Of a DNA stretch of 64,000 nucleotides, positions 23,044-36,600 are shown one piece after another. The stretch is taken from NCBI GenBank assembly GCA_050084985.1, contig JBITNC010000001.1, positions 152,892,001 to 152,956,000 on the forward strand, written 5' to 3'. The DNA comes from Nageia nagi (Eukaryota > Plantae > Pinophyta). The stretch's first letter is position 1. The number at the start of each line of letters is the position of its first letter. Position numbers and translations under genes: made by a program. The notes below the pieces were generated by a model. It was not told the origin of the DNA. It did no database searches and was given only the letters and a program-made list of their open reading frames with translations.

Positions 23044-25535
23044 TGTCATGTAGGTTGAATTTCCTTTCCTTGCTCTTCTTAGAATTCATGTATGTGTCAT
23101 ATTTTCAAATTGATATTGTGCTTATTAATATGATATTTACTAATTATAGAGGTTTAAAGTATTATGTGGATGATGTATTAGTTTAAAATACTTCTCTTTT
23201 ATAGGTAATTTAAGTGTAATTATTTTTAAACAAAGTTTATTTGATCTCAAAAGAAAAATAATTTTTTGGTTAGAGTTTTTGAATAAAATATTATATGTCA
23301 ATATTTTGTTATTTTGTAAGATAAATACCTAAGGTTCTTATTACCTAAATCCTAGCTAAGCTAAATACCTTACCTAACTATACATTATAAGAATGGTTTT
23401 ATTTTGGTGGAGAGGTAATGTTTTGTTTTAATATTGTAAACCCTTTTGATAATATATTTGAGGCATTCATTGAATGTTGATTAAGGCCAATGAAGATCTT
23501 TGATCCACCATTGAAACTTCCATGTGGTCAAAGATTAGGTTGTTGATTTTGACCTAGGGATTCTCCAGAATGTTCTTGAGAATAAAAAGATTCCCTATTC
23601 TTGTAAGGGTTTCATTTCACTTTATGGCTATAATGTGCAGTGAATCCTCCATTGCTTTCTTGAGAGGGTCTATAGTGGTATGAGTTTTGTTATCCATAAT
23701 CTTTGTTATCATGCTGCATAGAGGGGTTTACTTTGCCAATTTTTCACTCTATTTTAAACTACCTACCATGAGTCATGGAGATATCCATTTTGAGGGGTGC
23801 CTTTAATGTACATCATGGGTGATTTGTTATCCCTATTTGTCCACCATTTTAGAAATGAGCCATCCCTATTTGATGGTGCCTTGATGTACACCTTTGAGGA
23901 AATTTGGGAAACTCATTGGTGGTCTATTGGTGGAGTTCTAGTTCTTGTATGGTTACCTAAACATAATCAATTTCTTCCCCTAACTTGGGCTTTTGATTGG
24001 TTTACTATACATTTTCCTATAAGTGAGAATCTCTATTCTTTCCATTTTTGAAATGTTATCTGAGATTTTCTTTGGGATATATTTTATGTTTTACATTTGA
24101 TTACTAGGTTAGGAATTTCTTAAACAAATTATGGTTTGCATTTGAAACTATATGACATGAATATGTTTAAATTAAACTCCAATTTTTGTGTTTTCTTTAT
24201 TTTATTGGAGTATTGATAATTTCATTCATACATAGACATTACATTTACTACTCCTTTCATTGTACATTTTTCTAGGTTATACATTTAAAATGTTGGTTTT
24301 CTAGAGTAAATACTTAAAGGGTTGTATGGTATTAACTATAGTTAGAAACTTTTAAACATTAGCTGAACTTAATTAACCATTATAACATTACAAAATTAGC
24401 ATATGAGACAACTACTTGAAATTATTCTTTAGATTTAACTGACAAACATAAGAGATTATCTAACTCTAAATAAATTGAAAATGAAACCTATTTCACTATA
24501 TTGACATGTTTTCTTTCTTGTGCATACTTAATTTTATTTTATAAAGATAAATATAAATAAATTTTGATACATGGATTATTATTTTATAACTCCCCTTACT
24601 AAGATATGTAATATATCTCACCACATATAAATGTTTTTTTTATTAAGAATAGGTACAAAGGTAGTGGCCAAAAGATGAACTAAGTTTGATATGGTCAGTG
24701 TTGTACTTGAGATAATATCAATTTTTGGATAATATTTTCAATTGTATTCTATAGTAATTTATTTTATTTAAGAAGGTTTTTGATCTATATTTTCCTTTCT
24801 ACTCTTTAACTCAGAACAATAGTTTGACAAGGCTAGTAGTCTTTAAAAGTAAATGGAAATTACAAAAAGAAAAAGATGTTAATATATTTTAATAAATAAT
24901 GATTTAGAATTAGAAAAATGAGATCCCAATTACTCTAAAAATAGTTGAGAATGATAGGTTTATCTTAACAAGAAGTAACTAATAAAATTAGGTTAATTAT
25001 GTAATTACTATCTCTATTTGAACATGGGATGAAGTGTTAAGATCCAAAATTAGCATATATGTATTCCAAAGATCATATTCAAAACTATAGTGCATCAATG
25101 GAATATCAATATCTTAATTAAAAATTTGAATAATGGTTATAAGAATGCAACTTGTATAGGAAGGAGAAGATATTCAAAGGATATTAAATATGAAAATTGT
25201 GTACTATAGTTCTAGAAGAATGGAATATTGAAAAGAAAAACATAGATAGAATTTAACCTAAAATTTAAAAATCTATAAAGATTGAAATACTTCAACATGA
25301 TCCTAATGATTGGGTAAGTATTAAATATTTTATTTGAAATTTTATTGTGTCTACAACACTACCTTCAATGGTAAAACAAACTTTAGTCCTCACATCCTAA
25401 AAATACATATTGTATGTAATCAATTAGTAATGTGAATAATGAAAATTAAATAAAAATAAATAAATTGTTACCTTTTATGATAAAATTAATAACTATATGA
25501 GTTTATTTTTAAAAGTAAATTATTGGTATCTTACA
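23044..25535 (+). repeat. 3' LTR of the Tekay-like element
   Basis: Starts TGTCATG after the PPT and ends GGTATCTTACA. Has a ~60 bp insertion near 25075 relative to the 5' LTR. Confidence 0.92.
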
Positions 25536-25540
25536 TTGTT

Positions 25541-26279
25541 CGAGTTGAAGATCAAACCAATTGAAGATTAACTAGACTTGCAAAAATAATTCAGTTAAAT
25601 TTGAGAAGGTATAACTTTGTATGATGAATATTGAGCTTATTCATTTTTAATTTAAGAGTGCTTGAAGATACCTTTCTAATGAGTATATGCATGGATACCT
25701 TTGTTGAATGTTTAACCATTATATTGGTTGTTGTTCGATAAACTATCTAATGCATTGAGTTCTTTGTATTTTGTAGACTAGGTGCACCATGCCTATAAAT
25801 CTATGCACTAGACATGCTACCAAGAAAATTATGTACTAGGCACACTGCACCTCATACCAGGTGTACCACACCTTGATCCTTTATCCTAAGTACACCACAT
25901 CTAAAAATAAAGCTTATAGGCTAATTTTGGCATGCACATGATTGCATTTTTTGTCTTTGAGTTTAGTCTAGATGTTATTTTTGGTTCATATTTTACATAG
26001 TTATTTCCTAGTATAATAAGTTATATTTAGCATGTATTAGTTTACTTTTTTGTTTGGATTGTAACAAGTTATGATCATGTAACTTGAGTTTATTTTTAGC
26101 ATACTCTATTGTTGAGTTTTTTTAAAACCTATATGTATATAATGATTTCATTTTTTAAATTAATGAATGTAGAATACTTCTTAAATTTTATTTTATCAAA
26201 TGTGGATTTCCACTCAGGTGTCTAAATGAAAGGGATACCTTATTTTAGCATCTCTATGATAGGCCACACTATTACAACA
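25541..26279 (+). repeat. Remainder of the LTR that begins at 15918
   Basis: Ends CAACA, the inverse of TGTTG at 15918, exactly where the minus-strand Tat RT resumes at 26280. Confidence 0.6.
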
Positions 26280-29200
26280 AAATGGTGTATGAATCTTCTT
26301 ACGAAGTTAATTTTCCCAAGGAATGACTACTTTCTTGTTAGAGGGCAAGGTCAACCTTATGATTTACTCAACTCTTTCTAGATCTATGGACCATTTTTCT
26401 TTTTAAAGAATGTGTCCTAGAAATTTTCCTTCATCTATGAAATATATATACTTCTTTAGATTGAGATAAATCCCAAAATATTTACATCTAGCAAAAACTT
26501 GTTGAAGATGTTATAAGTGATGCTTATTTTGGTCAAAAAATATTATCACATTATCTAAGTAAAACAAGATAGTTATTTTTTATTATTTCACCAAAAGTAT
26601 GATCCATAACTCTCTAAAATGTTTCTTTGATGTTACCAAATGACATGCACTGAAAAGAAAACATTTCCTACTTGGTAGTGAATGTTATCTTGTGTTAATA
26701 TTCATCTTTAACCTATACCTAATTGTATCTATAGAAATCATTAATGAATATGAAACACTCTGATCCAAAAACCATGTGCAAAATATGTTTCATATGAGGA
26801 AAAGGATAATTTTATTTTTAAGAATCCTTGTTTAAATTTTGGAAGTCTACATAGAATCTGATGTCTCCATTTTTATTTATAACTAGTACTAAGTTGGCAA
26901 GCCATGTAGAATGAATGGTTAGATAGATTATGCCCTCTTGTTATAACTTAATAGCTCTTGCTTTATGATTGATTTAATTTTAGGATTAATTGGTCACTAC
27001 TTTTATGTGAATGATCATTCTCCTTGTACTAGCTCAATCATGTGTGTTCTATTACATTTCTCTTAAATACCTTCAAGTCTCAGTAAGACCAATTTATGAT
27101 TACTATAAAATCCTTATAGATTTAAATTATATTTTTAATATCATTAGGGGTTTTATGGGAATCAACCTTTAGGATCCTTCTAGAAGCAACTTCAATATTC
27201 TAGTATCTTTTCTCATTGATAGCCATTCCTTTGGGTCTTGCCTAATCATCTTTATAAAATAACTTTTCAAAGGAACTCATGTCCTTAGGAATTATATTAT
27301 TCCTTAATTATAACATATCCTTGTCCCTAAAACATTTAGTTAATAATTTTTTATCATTTGATAAAAATATATGTTGAACCAAGAATCAATTAATTTGATC
27401 ATCTGATTGAAAAACCTACCAAAAGTAATCATTATTTAGTACTGAAGGTATGAAGATTAGTATAACTCTTTCCTATTTAACTAGTGTTATGTAGGATCGA
27501 ACATAGCTCCTCTTTAAGCCAGAGTGTTAGCAACACTATTTTCCTTTCTAGGAATGGTTTTGAAGTTCAAAGCATTGAAACTTTCAAGCAAGTCCCAAAC
27601 TTTATTTATATAAGCCTTTAAGTAATGATGGTTTGCTAAACATCATTCAATCACTTGATTTATTATTAGTTTTGAGTATTCTCAAGCATTTAATATTCAT
27701 TTTAGCACTTGTTCTAATCCTAATCAAAGTGTTTCATTTTTATGATATTATTTGTACAACTCCATATTAGTTGGAAAGAAACATACTTGGTTCCTTATGC
27801 TAAAGATCTAAAGAATACTCCAGCTCCTACTTCTTTCTTTGACTTAGCACCATCAAAGAACATCTTCCATATGTTTTATTCCCTTAACTCATCTCAAGTT
27901 AGGATGGGAAAAATATACTTAGGATCAATGAAGTAGTAAGTACTTATTTTGATGACTTCTAATTGATCATCCAATTTGATAGAGTCTTCATCCTCTATCA
28001 TCAATTCCTCTTATAGGATATTATTCATTTCATTTTATTCATTTATTTTGTTAATTTTGGGTGCCCTTTTAGTATGGAAGAGGAATTAACCTCATTCATT
28101 ATCTTTTTTCTCTTATCCTTAAATGAGACCATCATATGGGAGGAGTCCATAGCCAAGTAACCTCCTACTTTTATCATGAATTCTCTAGATAGATAAATGA
28201 TAAAGAGTGATGGTAAGTCCACCATCACTAGTTTTTATATCAATGATGCTCCCAAATACTTATGTGATTCCTTTGGTACATCTTTTATGACCCCTATAGT
28301 ATTCATGTTTGTGCTATATAACCCTAAGACATCAGTTGAAGTTCTAGTATGTATCAATTTGATGGTATATACAACCTTTTACATTATAGATTTTGTAGCT
28401 TTAGTATCTAATAGAAAATTATGCACTATATGTCCTTCAATTTGGAGATAAAGGTAAAATGGTGGGGGCCTATTCTTTGCCATTCTTGGTAGCTTTATCA
28501 CTTCTTCTAGAATGGAAATGAATGAATCATCCCCATTTATTAGTACTAGTAAGGTTGCCCTAAGAAAGTTATTTTTTCAAATAATCTAGGGGAATCAAAT
28601 AATATGCTCTATAGATGATATTTTTTAATTCATCAACTATGTTGTAAGGGATTATTTTAGATGCCTCTTTATTCTTTTTAGTGAGCCTTGTTTTGAACTA
28701 TTGGGTTGCTTCATCTCTCAAGTCTCTAGTGACCAATGGGAACCTTAATCTCTTTCCAACCTTATATTTTTTAAGCTTTACTTATTGAGTAGGGTCCAAC
28801 CTTCTGATAATATATTTACATTTTGATATTTGCACTATTTATTATTATGGCATCAATGATTTTCCTTTTGATGGTATTTTGAGGACTTACTAAGAAAATA
28901 GGTTATGATAACCTTAGGATATGATCTTGTTTTTTTTTTTAATAGAGATCCTCTTAGATGATCTTATACCAATATTGTATTAGAAACATTAGGATATATA
29001 GAGATGATAAAGTTATTTTCAAACTCAAGTAGATATGGTAAGTTGCTTACAAATCTAGGTCATTACATGCTTGAAACCAATGTGACTGAGGTATACTTGT
29101 TGAAGGATCAGAGGGTATACAAACATGGTCTACTTCCTTTATCAGTATCTATTGAGTTTGCATTCCTTCACATGAAGGATAAGGATACCTTATTTATTAT

Positions 29201-30300
29201 TTTCCATCAAACTTATACTATTTCCCATCAAATCCATGCTTGGAAATTTTCTCACTAATGTGTTTATTAGATAATTTCTAAACTAATACTTTCAACTAAT
29301 TTATCTCTTCTTGTAATTGAATCTCTTGCTACATATGATTTGCTTGCAATGGTGCTGGGAGGTATAAGTAAGTAGGGGGAGAAGCTAATGCCAAGTGCAT
29401 AGGTGGTTCTAGTAATTAAGGTGGCACATAAGGTTTAGGGAGTTGCAATTGAGAAGTATCAATTATTTTATTTAGAGGGGGAACCATTTCAAGTGGGTAT
29501 TACCTTGATGTAAGTGTTTGGCTAAAGCATGGAAAGATAGGAATGAACATTATGGTGGGGAGTGTTCCTACTAATATAAGTATTACCTTGGATTATAGTT
29601 TGATTTGATATAAATATGTAAATTTAATGACTCCAAACATCTAGATCCTATTTTCTATATCGGGGGAAAAAGCATGTAAATAATACATAAGGCTTGAGAT
29701 GTGGGAAGTCTTACTAACTGTGGGGCTCTCTTCAAAGATTTCCTAAACTAGATATTGAAATTTGATATGTTCTCCTACTCATATATTTTTATGGATGTGA
29801 ATTGTGAGAGAAGAGAATAAGGTTCTCCAACCTCATTAAATTGTATGATGAATGATTCTATTAAATGAGCCCAAGTGGTGATAGAGTTAGTGGTAGAGTT
29901 CTATACTAGTATAGAATTATTCATCTAAAGGATATAGATAGAATTCTAATAATGATATATTGATTAGTAATATGATGTATTTTTTCCATGTTGACTGCAT
30001 CTACATAATGCTTATAAGCATTCCTTACCAATCCATCATAGTATTGTAAATATTTTAGGGTTGATGGTGGAATATCATGGGGCATTACAATCTATAATGG
30101 CTTGATAGTTTCATAACTAGGGTAAATTTCTTAATATATTTGAATTTTTAGTGTAGTATTAGGCTAATATTGATGAGATTTAGGATAATATTGGTCTCTT
30201 AATGGAGGTATAGAAAAACATTGGCCAATGTGTAAAAAAGAATTTAGTTCTTTGTAAGGATCTTCTTGAATTTGAGTCCAAGAATAAGAAAGTTGGACTA
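26280..30300 (-). pseudogene. Tat-type Ty3 gag-protease-aRNaseH-RT, degraded
   Basis: Minus strand: gag NSITTWAHLIESF (~29870), protease PPPFYLYLQIEGHIVHNFLLDTKAT (~28430), aRH WKMFFDGAKSKKEVGAG...CTNNI...WDLLESF...IPRKENSVANTLA (27870-27515), RT GDIRFYVDFQNLNK, FYLDNV, FLGKINFVRRFI. Confidence 0.88.
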
Positions 30301-30406
30301 TCTTTTGGTACTTTCAAATTGGATCTTATAAACATGAAAATTAATAAATATATTATGTTTTAAATAATAATTATTATGATTATGTATATGAATAATAGCT
30401 TTATTT

Positions 30407-30420
30407 CAGTAGAGTCACCA
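30407..30420 (-). promoter_or_regulatory. PBS of the Tat element (tRNA-Arg type)
   Basis: Minus strand TGGTGACTCTACTG resembles the TGGCGACTC.GCTGGGGA PBS of Tat/Ogre elements and lies upstream of gag. Confidence 0.7.
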
Positions 30421-30627
30421 CTAAGGTTTCAAAACCTTAGAATTTATCGCTAGTGAGACATGTTCATCCCATTGTACATAGTAGAAAGAAGAGACTACTA
30501 ATTGTAATCTTGTAATACAAAAACCCTTAGATTAAAATCATAATATATTTATCAAAACAAATAATATAAGTATCAATTTAGTATTCAAAGTATGCCATTT
30601 TCTTATCTATTTTTTCAGTAGTCTATC

Positions 30628-33600
30628 TATTATAGAAATATCAAATTTTATTAAGTAGAGAGATTAGTTATTGATTACCTTATGCTTTAACAAGTTTAAA
30701 ATATTTCAAAGACATTCAAAATAGTAGTAGATGGATGAAAGAGAACTTCCCAAAGCTGATGATACTACATGTGTTAAACATCTTCTCGATGTTCAATGAT
30801 ACTCTTCTCCAAAGTATTTCTTGAAGTGTAGTGAACTTTAGAGCATAAGAAATTTTCTAAAATTTGATAGTTTATAATATTCATGAAACTAAATGATCTT
30901 TATATTTTATGTATTATCCTATAATGCAACTATACTATCACCAAGGCATCTCCAAGGAAAGTAGTCTAATTAATTGATAGACCTCTTATTTTTCCAAAAC
31001 TAGATAGGCTCAACCACAACTCATTCTTCTAAAGGTCGATCATTTTGCAAACATCTATTGAAGATAATAACCATATCCTATTGATATAAATAATTTTAGA
31101 CTAAGTTATAATTCTTAAGTATAATAAGATTGTATAAACATTGAAATAATCATAAGCAAAGCTTTTGATATTTGTCTGATCTTGCAAAAATAATATTGCT
31201 TGGCTATGTTCAGGTGCTAAAGATAAAATATAATTATCATTTATCATAAATATAGGAAGTTACAACTATGTATATTTTAGATGTAACCTAAATATATTAT
31301 AAATTTCATAATTTTTTTATATCATAGTTAGTTGAGTACAAGCTATAGTTTATAGACTCTCTTTAGATTCTCATTACTTTTGGTATATATTTTCAAATCT
31401 AAAGGTATATATATAGCTCAAATCGCTGTGAAATAGGGGTTTGAATCTTGTAGTATTTGCTCCTAAGTAATGAAATATATATTATTCTAGCCCAAAATAT
31501 GTATGGTAATATCTATATATTTATTTCTTCATGTATTCTTTGGATGGCTTAAATGGTTGCATTGTTTATATGTTTCCTATTCTCCATAGTATGATCAATG
31601 AATTATCCATGACTATAGCCTTTTTTGTCTTACAAATAAATGATAGATGCCACATTATAGGGATTACTATTAGCTAGGGGTACTTATTTTAGGTTTTGAT
31701 ATAATTATTGGAAGCCATGGTTGGCCCTAATTGATATCATTTCCCTTTCTTTCTTGCACTCTGAACCTTTTTATCTCTTTCAACAAATATATATTTTTTA
31801 TTTATTTTCCACCTTTTATGATGGATAAGAAACCATATTGATATAATTAGAACAAGGAATTCATAATAAGACTATCTCTTTTATCTATGATGAGTCTTTT
31901 AAAGGGTCTACATCTCTATATGTGGGAAGTAAACCTTATGATTGTAAATTCTAAGAGCTACAACGAATGGGTAACATCATCTTGTATATGAGAGATAAAA
32001 TCCCATCTAGGTTGTATTTGTTTATTTACAAAGTATGAAATACAATACATAAAAGTTATGGCACTCAAAAAATGGTAAATTATCATTCTACATCATGACA
32101 GTCAAAATTTTGACAGCTGCCAGGTGCAAATCTACATTGGAGAATAACTTGATGATGATGATTGGAGATAATTATAAGGATTTAAAGCATGAAATTTGGA
32201 ACAATTAAGCTAATTACATCCAAGAACACTTGAATGAAATTTCATAACATTTAAGATTATTTTCTTTAAGTTGTGGTCATGGAAAAATGGCACTAGAAGT
32301 AGTTTTGATAGTTTTGCAAAATCCAAAAAGATAGGATAATATAACCATATGAGGCCAAAATAATGCTACAGAGAGCATATTATTAAGAAGGAAAAATAAT
32401 AAATATTATCTTATCACTAAGAAACCATAAAATCAAAATTTGTAATGCCTTAATGTTATAAAATGGAACATGGAGTATGAAAAAACGTTAATTCCTTTAG
32501 TGTGGATTTCCTCCCAAGGGGAGTGAGTTAGTGTATGATTGGAAAGAATGTATAAGACTCCATTTTATTGTAAACTCTATGCAAAATAAAAAATCCATGA
32601 GAGTAATATTGGAGGTACATTTCAAGCTTGCATAAAAGAAGAAAAAGAACATGGACAAGATTATTGCCATAGAGAAAGAAGCAAATAACATAATTGCCAT
32701 TATGGAAACAAAAAAAATACAAAGAGTACTTCTAAATATGTCATCTTGGGATAAGACATGTGGAACTATGATCAAATACTTTTGTTGAAAAGAGAGTCAT
32801 CTTCTAGAAAGAGATTCAATGGAGAGCCTATAATGATCATGTGCTTTAGCTTCAATATACAAAAGAGTCAAGTAAGAAGGATCATAAAAGTGAAATTATA
32901 AAATGAACTCTACAATAATTGATTGTTATTTGTTAGATTTAGACCACATCGGTCAAACCATGATAACTATGTGTGTACATCATTTTGTTTTTTTTTTTAT
33001 TTGGTGTGTATTTTTATTTTTGTAAGCACTAAAATGAACAAAGTATGAAATCTAAATTAAATCCTAAAGTAGGGTTTACCTATCAATTAGAAATACATTC
33101 ATGTTCATTCAAGATAAATCATGAAACATAAATGCACATACTAGCTAAATTTGTTTGATCTATTTTAAGGAAATAGAATCGAAAACTAATCAGTTCAAGA
33201 TTCAAGATCTAAAGAATAAGAGAAGTTATTTTTGAAATGCTAGAAGTTGAAAAAAATACTCAGTAATGATGAATAAAATGTTATTTAAGGAGAAAAATAT
33301 TCTTGAAATACATATTATAATGTACTTATAATGTTTGGGGGTTAGTCAAAATCAAGGTTTCCTTGATATAGATTTTGAACCTAAGCAATATGGGGGATGG
33401 TTTATTTGTCTCCCAAAAGGATGATTATTATCTTCTAATACCAAAATGTCAGAATAATAAATATAATATCATAAGATCCTATACTTAAAAGGGTTATTTG
33501 TTAAATATATTACCATTTATTGAATGCATATCAAAAGATCAAATTTGAAGCAAATCTAGTATGTTTTGAACTTATCTAATTCTAGCTATACATGTTTGAA

Positions 33601-36600
33601 TTTGACTAATAGAGTCACATAAAATGGATGTTATTGAAAAGGTACACCTACCCAACCCTTGCTTGATTTATAAATAAAGCACATTCTAATTTCTAAGGTA
33701 ATATTATGATCTTTTCTCATTGCATTAGAAAAAGATGTTATAAGATACCCTTAGAAATGTGAATTATTATCATACATTAGAAAGGGTTTGATATTTGTAA
33801 ATAGCTATATTTTCAAAATATAGGTAAATATGTTTTAGTAATATTAGGGGGCATGTGTAAAATGTTCATATCTTTTTGACAAGTCTTTGATACCTTACCA
33901 TTACTTATCAAGTCTTACAATTCTAAAAGGCTATTTACCATTAGTTCATGCCAAAGTATCTAATAGCTCAAACTGATGTACTTACCTAATTATTGTCACA
34001 TATATTAACTATAATATTATTTATTAAAAGAGTTATTCTATAATTTTGCATAATAGACTTGTGCATTTCAATGATAAAGTTTTCTCCAATGGATATTTTT
34101 CTTAAAAACTTAGTTTAAAGATAGATCAAAAGAGTTTCCCATAGAAGTTATTGATTTAAATTCAAATTCAAAATCAACTAATCACATATAAAAGGAGATT
34201 TTCTAAAAAAAAGAGATGGATAATTCATTAAAGTATAGACAAAAAAAGGTTAGGAATAATTCATAATTGTTTGAACTATTTTGTTGCGATACATTTCTAA
34301 AAGATATCATAGATGAATATATGTTATTTTTCTTATAACTAACCAACACATAGGAAGTATTAGAACATCCAAAGATGAAAATCAATGTTCATATATGGAA
34401 GTAAGTATGTGGTGTGAATCTTGTAAGATAGATTAGTTGTGATCATGTAAATATGTGTTTTTTTCCTATGATGATATTCCACTTTAAAATTTCCATTTTG
34501 TTCCTTCCATTCCTTTTGATGTTCCCTTCATCAAACTATTCTTACCCTCTCCTATTTCCCATGGTTTCTATCTTTTTGTAGCTTAGCACCTTCATTGCTT
34601 CATCTATCCTCTCAACTTTCTACCTCCATTTTCTCCTATTCCCAATGTTCATTACCCCATTTATGATCTCCTCCCTCTTTCCTACCTTCCCCTTGAATTT
34701 ACATGCCAATTACTAGTTTATTTTTCAAGCATCATATGACATATTAGAAAGGCTATCTAAAAAAGGGATCAAGTGGAAATTGATCTAACAACATCAAAAA
34801 AGCATGGTAAAGTAGTGATTTATTTTAGTGTTTTATTTAAAGACTTATTATAAATATTTTTGTATTACAAAATGGTTAAGGTTTTGAGTGATTTATACAT
34901 AAATATTATTCTATTTGATTTAAAGATTTATTTAGTATATTTTCCATCCCATCCTACCCATGCTAATGTATGTTTCTTGTAAAATTTCTATTATATTATT
35001 CATTGACTATTCTAATTCTTCAGAATAGCTAATAAAGGGGGAAGAATGTTATAGATATTTGTAACTTGTATTAAGTAAGGAGATTATTTGTATATTTCCT
35101 TATGCTCTAATATGTTTGAAATATTTCAAAGAATCCATAATGGTAGTAGCTAGATGAAGAGAACTTTTCAGAGCCAACAATGATGCATGTATAAAAAATC
35201 TTCTCAAAGTCTAATGATACTCTTCTCCAAAGTATTTCTTGGATTGCAAAAAACTTCAAAAAAAAAGAACTTTCCAAAAATCTAACATACTTGTAATGTA
35301 TCATATTCTCAAAGACGAACAATTTTTACCATTTACATATTCTCCTTAAATGTAGCCAGATTGTTACCAATCCATCTCCAAGGAAAGCAATTTGATCAAT
35401 TGATACACCTCTTGCTTTACTAGAACCCAATAGACTCAACCATGAATCATTGTACCAAAGCCCTAATGTGTTCACAAACATCCACTAAATAAAAAAAACC
35501 ATCTCCTATTATTCTAAATAATAATAACCTCATTTATATTGCCTAAGTATGATAAAATTGTATAAACATTATAATAATTTTTAACAAATCTTCTAGCATT
35601 TGTTTGATCTTTTGGAAATAAGATTTACTAGCTACTTCTAAGTGCTAAAGATAAAATATAATTGTTATTTAGTATAAATACATGAATTTACAACTATGTA
35701 TATTCAAGCTATAGTCTGGATATGTTATAGATTTTATAATTATGTTATATCATAGTTAGTTGAATATAGGTTGTAGTTTATAGATTCTCTTTAGATTCTT
35801 ATTACCATTGGTAGATATTTTTGAATCTAAAGCTATATATAAAACTTAAATTGATGTATAACATGAGGTTGGATCTTGTAGTATTTGTACTTAAGTAATA
35901 AAATATCTATTATTCCAACAAAAACTATGTATGGTGATATCTGTATATTTATTTCTTCATGTAGTCATTATATGGCTTAAATGGTAGCATTGTTTACATG
36001 TTTCCTATTCTCCATGGTATGATTAATGAAATATATTTTAATATAACCTCTCCTCTCTTGCAATTTAATGATGAATGCTACATTATAGGGATTTTTATGA
36101 GCTAAGGATCCTTCGTATATGTTCTGTAAGAATTATTAAAAGACTAGGTTAGGCTCGAAAGATATCATTTCCTTTTCTTTCCTACACTCTAAACCTTTTT
36201 ATATTTTTGATATATATATCATTTTCCTTTTATTTTTCACCTTTAATGATGGATAAGGTACCATCTTGATTAAACTAGAATAAGGAATTTAGAATCAGAT
36301 GATCTCTCCTATCTATGATGAATCTTTTAAAGGATCTACATCTCTTTCTATGATAAGCAAACCTCCTAATTCTAAACTCTACAAGCTATAATGAATGGGT
36401 AACATCATTTTGTGTATAAGAGATAAAATCCCATTTGGATTGTATTCTTTTATGTGGAAAGGATATGATCTAATTGGTTAAAGACCCAATATAGGATTGG
36501 CATGTATAAAATAAAATCATTGGAAGCCCAAGATACTATTTACCTCTATGTCTATGGGAAGCATATAAAGAAGAGTATGAGGTACTGATCTTCATGTTTT

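Larger units (their letters stand above)
15949..25535 (+). mobile_element. Full-length degraded Ty3/gypsy chromovirus (Tekay/Del-like) with ~2.45 kb LTRs
   Basis: Paired long repeats, degenerate iMet PBS TGGTATTAGATC at 18385-18396, PPT AGAGGGGAAG at 23032-23041, gag-PR-RT-RH-IN-chromodomain order. Confidence 0.93.

Noticed and set aside
26280-26296. PBS-like AAATGGTGTATG after CAACA
   Set aside because: It is the antisense of the Tat RT (…RRFIHHF), not a tRNA-complementary site.
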